A DNA stretch of 62,107 nt, filler included. It is 22 parts of 22 records of this genome, joined end to end, with 100 filler letters (N's around TTAATTAATTAA, not from the genome) between each part and the next. Parts side by side here need not be neighbours in the genome. Positions count along the whole stretch, not along the records: positions 55,789 to 57,844 come from SRR16133337_42879; positions 57,945 to 59,958 come from SRR16133337_42950; positions 60,059 to 62,107 come from SRR16133337_42987; 19 more parts are not named here. One strand, written 5' to 3'. Shown here piece after piece: positions 57,726 to 62,107 of this stretch; position 1 is the stretch's first letter; every line of letters begins with the position of its first letter. Position numbers and translations under genes: made by a program. The notes under the pieces were generated by a model. That model was not told the DNA's origin. It saw only the letters and a program-made list of their open reading frames with translations, and did not search any database.

Positions 57726-60700
57726 GATGATTAGTTTTGTTGGGTGGTTTCTGGAGTGGCCGTTACAAAGCTTTTCAACACACTAACGTCAATTGTTTGA
57801 ATATCTATGGAACAAATAAGAGAGAAATTTCAATGAAATTTGTTNNNNNNNNNNNNNNNNNNNNNNNNNNNNNNNNNNNNNNNNNNNNTTAATTAATTAA
57901 NNNNNNNNNNNNNNNNNNNNNNNNNNNNNNNNNNNNNNNNNNNNCGATCATTATCCACTCTCTGAAAACAGGTTTGCATACAGCAACACGTGTTTCGGTG
58001 TATGTGGGCGGTTTTTTATTTTGCTGAAAATTTGTGAGAATGCTGGGTATTTCAACGTTTTCTTACTCATGTTAAAAATATTGAATCATAAAATGTATAA
58101 TATATTTTGCAGCCAAGTTTTTAATTGAACGTCATTTTCCCGATGTCATCCATAAGAAAAAGTCATTTACAATATGATCATATTTCGCAAATATTGATGT
58201 TAGGAGTGTTTTCTACTGAAATGTCCATTTTTAGAATCTGAATTTTAATTTATGAAAAGTGTGATTTTGAAGATAAAAATGAGTATCATTGGTTACACAG
58301 AAATCAAAGCTACTCTATTTTGATTTTGGTATTGAAAGTCAGATTGTAAGTATTCTAGACTCGAATGGACATAAAATGAGAATGTAAACGTCACAACATG
58401 GTGAAATATTACATTGTGTAGAAATTTACAATTCTAAATTCTCTTGTGATTTGTTTTTCAAAAATGAATATATGCATTTCCCTCACTCCAAACAATAATT
58501 TTCATGTGTAGGATTTCATGCATTTCGAGTCTAAGTTTTCAAATTTTGTGCAATACTTTCCATCGTATTTATCAGTGTTGATTTTCTTGTAGTTTTTTTT
58601 GCTGGCTGATGTGACATACAGAACCTATGAAAGAGAAGAGAATCCCTTCTTGTCGAAGGGAAAGTGTCTGGAGCGTTTTTGTGCTATTTGTTGGAACATA
58701 ATTAAAAAGACATATGGTGATCTATTCAAATTCTAAATTTCGTGTTTTTTTCGAATCATAAGTGCTGATTTAAATTCCTTATTATAAAAATGTGGCATTT
58801 AATTTTGTGATAAAATTTCAAAACATTTCAAGTTCTCTCGTGCTTGTAACTGCACTGTTCATATTTTTCCTTGCTTTTAAACCACAGATTTGTGGCTTCC
58901 AAAATGTAAATACATAATCTTTAAATATTGGAAAATGTCTTTCTAATTCGCAAAGCGTTGAGATTTAGTAATCCACTACATAAATAGTTGCACTTCTAGA
59001 AAGTGGTTTTGTGTTGAATGCGGCAGTATGTATAATATTTTCTTCGAATATTTTTGAAAACTGCACCACCTAACACCTTTTAATGGAATATCGATTCTCC
59101 AACCAAGATCGTGGCGCAATATGTCCTCTAATTGTAGGTTTTAACGCTATTTTGTGGTCTATCGTTTCGTATTATGGTGTAGTACTATTTCCACCTTCTT
59201 TTTGAACGAGATATTTTTGTAAGACAAATGGCACACTGAGATATCTCCATTTTTGCTGATTCATGCATTATGTACATGTCAAGGAAGTGAGAAAATACCA
59301 AAAACGTATCATTCGCTTGTCATTTGGTTTATCCACGAATACATTTTTTTAAGGTCAAAAAAAGTGAAAATTTAAACATGGTTAAAAAACGTGCCAATTT
59401 CGTGAATCCCAAAAGAAATTCTAACACGCACAAAAACCGTAATGAGAATAATATTTGCTTCAAAATAAATACGAGAATTAAGCTTCTTAAATCTTACTAT
59501 CGCCAAAATAAAATGAAGTGGGTAAAGTATTATATTATGAAAAACTCCTATCAATGAAACACATTTCATAACTTTTTACCACCAGCTTCATTTATATTAC
59601 ACTTCCCTCCCGTCAATTCTCAAAATATTGTTTCTCTTTCAAATGTCGGGAGTAATTGTAATTTTGTTTCACGTAAAATCTTGTAACACCACAGAAAAAC
59701 ATTTAAATCGCCAAAAATGAAACGAACATGTAGAGTACCAAAAACATTCACATCTGTTTGGTAAACTGAGTATTGTGCGGAATATTTTTAACAGTTTTCT
59801 TGGACGAATGTAATCAAAACTCCACCAGGCTTCCAAAGAACACTGTTTACTCAAGACAGTACAGTACTGGTTTCTGCAATGGTTGCATGGATTACAAGCA
59901 CCATACACATATATCTCGATGTTTTAGGAGTCACAAATTCAGTCTTAAAGTTTGAAAGNNNNNNNNNNNNNNNNNNNNNNNNNNNNNNNNNNNNNNNNNN
60001 NNTTAATTAATTAANNNNNNNNNNNNNNNNNNNNNNNNNNNNNNNNNNNNNNNNNNNNATTCCTTAGACAAAGTCCTACCTTAAAACAAAATCCAATCTA
60101 GAATGAGATTACAACTTGAATAAATAAATTAGTTTAAAACAATTACATTCCATTTCACAACTGTTGCAGAGTGTTAAAATTTCTTGATTTCAAAATATCT
60201 CAGGGGAAATAGGTTTTGACACCAAGTCGGACAAAAATGTCGCTAAAAATGATGAACATAATTTGTAACGTGTTTCAAACAAGAAATTTCTCCGTCATTC
60301 AGTCCACCAAAAAAAATGAAAAAATGTTATCAAGTAAGTACATCCACTATGATTTAATTTATTGAGTCCGTTGTAATTTGCAAGTACTATGTTGATTCTA
60401 ACGTTGTACTTACAGATGAACGGAAACACACAATACATGAATAATTAAATGAATTTCGAAATGGAGTAAAAACAAAATGCATTTAAATTTTATAGCACGT
60501 TACAGCGTTAATTCCCGAAAAGTGAATATTAGATCCAATAAAAAATATTCGCTTACCTCGCAAAGTTTCCTACGTACGTATAATATTGTCTTTTCAGCTG
60601 ACCACCACTGACTCCTCAATGTATATCTAATCGTGTTGAATTGAATTTATTTTTCCAGCTTCCATCCTGCACTCATCCTTCACATCACATAATTATAATA

Positions 60701-62107
60701 CACACATGCACAAAAAAAGTTCACGTTTTGGGGACTACTCACGGTGCAACTTTGAGTGTATCTACAGTATTATGGGGAACATGAGCAAAAGATAAAATTT
60801 ATCACAGTGTTCCAATTAAAAAAGCAATATACAAAATGTACACATTTTAACTAGAATCTAGTCTTCGATTGAATTCTCTACACGGGGCAGTAAAATGAAC
60901 GCCACTTGAATTAAATTGTACATTGTTTTTTTTTCTCTAAGAAATATTCAACTGTTCCCTGATAATATTTCGTGTCGGAAAGCACTCGCGCTTAAAATTA
61001 CAAAAGATTTTGAAATTCGGCTCCGCAATATGTAACAAGAACAAATATTTGTGAAAAAAATGTCCGTGTCAGAAAGAAATAAACAAATCGTACTTTATTT
61101 ACTTTTACATTTTAATACTATGCAGGTTGAAATATGAAATATTATCGAATTTTTCTTTAAATATCCTGCATTAATTAAGATACTGTAAACACACAATATT
61201 TGCATAATTATTTCGGTTGAGAAAGTAAAAGACCTCCAAGATCATTTTACTTTATGATTTCCATATGAATATATTTTTGTTCACACATTAATTTGAATGT
61301 AAAATGTAAAAGGGTACGATCGTAGTTCATTACGACACTCAGTTCATGGATGTGAAAAAGATGGATGTATTATGTTTTTAGAAATTATTTTTCATTTCCC
61401 TAAATACACACCTAAAATAGTTTGGCAGCGCACAGAGCTTCGCAATATCTGACAAAAAGAAACACATGGAAAGATCACTGTCATTCAAGAGTACATTATT
61501 TAATGACTAAAAAAGCATTTATTTTTCAACCACGTGGCTGACCAAAAATATCTTACCGACCGCTCCACCAACACGGCGTAAAGGTTCATAACCAGGAGCC
61601 AAGCGACAAATAATTTTACTTTTTCCACTGAAGCAGTTATTGCTTGTGTTGAATTTCATTTTTATTTTCGAAATTGTATCTTCAAATATTTTGTTTTTTT
61701 TCGCGAAACTTAATTTTTGAGCCGAAAATGCAAATTTCTAACACCTTCAAATCACTATTGAGAAATGTATTTCCTTTAGTTTTTCAAAATGCTACGACAT
61801 TTAAAACACAAAAAAGCTGTTTTGTCGATTGTAAACATGTTGTGACATCTATCTCTTCAAAAAGAGCTACTTCATTTTAGGTTGAATGAAAACCAAAAAT
61901 CCAAAAAACGAAATGAAGGATTCTTGAAACAATTACCTCCATCAACAGCCCGATTGTTCTGATTCCAACCTGGTGTATGATTATTTTCTCGTGAAAGAGT
62001 GGCGTTTTACTCAGCTTCTAGTGCTTATGTCCTTCATGCATTGCATTTAAGATTTTTTTTTGAAATATTCATCGCCGAAACTTTTTTGATAATTTTTCTT
62101 TCTAATT

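Noticed and set aside
57945-62107. Short ORFs in the last two contigs
   Set aside because: No recognisable motifs or consistent exon structure.

Overview
This window is not one genomic locus. It is 22 short contigs joined by 21 artificial 100-nt linkers (N44-TTAATTAATTAA-N44), so neighbourhood arguments hold only within a contig. Five contigs are gene-dense, intron-free and Flavobacteriaceae/Bacteroidota-like. (i) 6723-16137: mnmE followed by a defence island of XRE regulator, type I R-M hsdM and hsdS, an AbiF/Abi_2 HEPN nuclease preceded by a promoter and a two-hairpin RNA, and hsdR. (ii) 18986-21111: ygfA fragment and uvrC. (iii) 33149-36434: XRE switch, a restriction-fold protein and the C-terminus of a large protein. 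(iv) 38723-41799: a second type I hsdM-hsdS, with REP-like repeats around hsdS. (v) 41900-44242: a phage-like fragment with a Tad2/DUF2829-like anti-defence gene, a repeated GTCCTATT-N19-YAnnTTTG promoter-like motif and a GTTACA/TGTAAC iteron-like region. The other contigs look like an AT-rich eukaryote with GT-AG introns: acidic modular exons, a VPS45 end, Crinkler-type NTPase and REase exons, a spliced DUF3987-like ATPase, a piggyBac-like transposase, MITEs and minisatellites. The best leads are the AbiF plus repeat-spacer-repeat RNA module inside the R-M operon, the repeat-bracketed R-M domains, and the Tad2-like phage fragment. All family assignments come from motif recognition by eye, without database searches.
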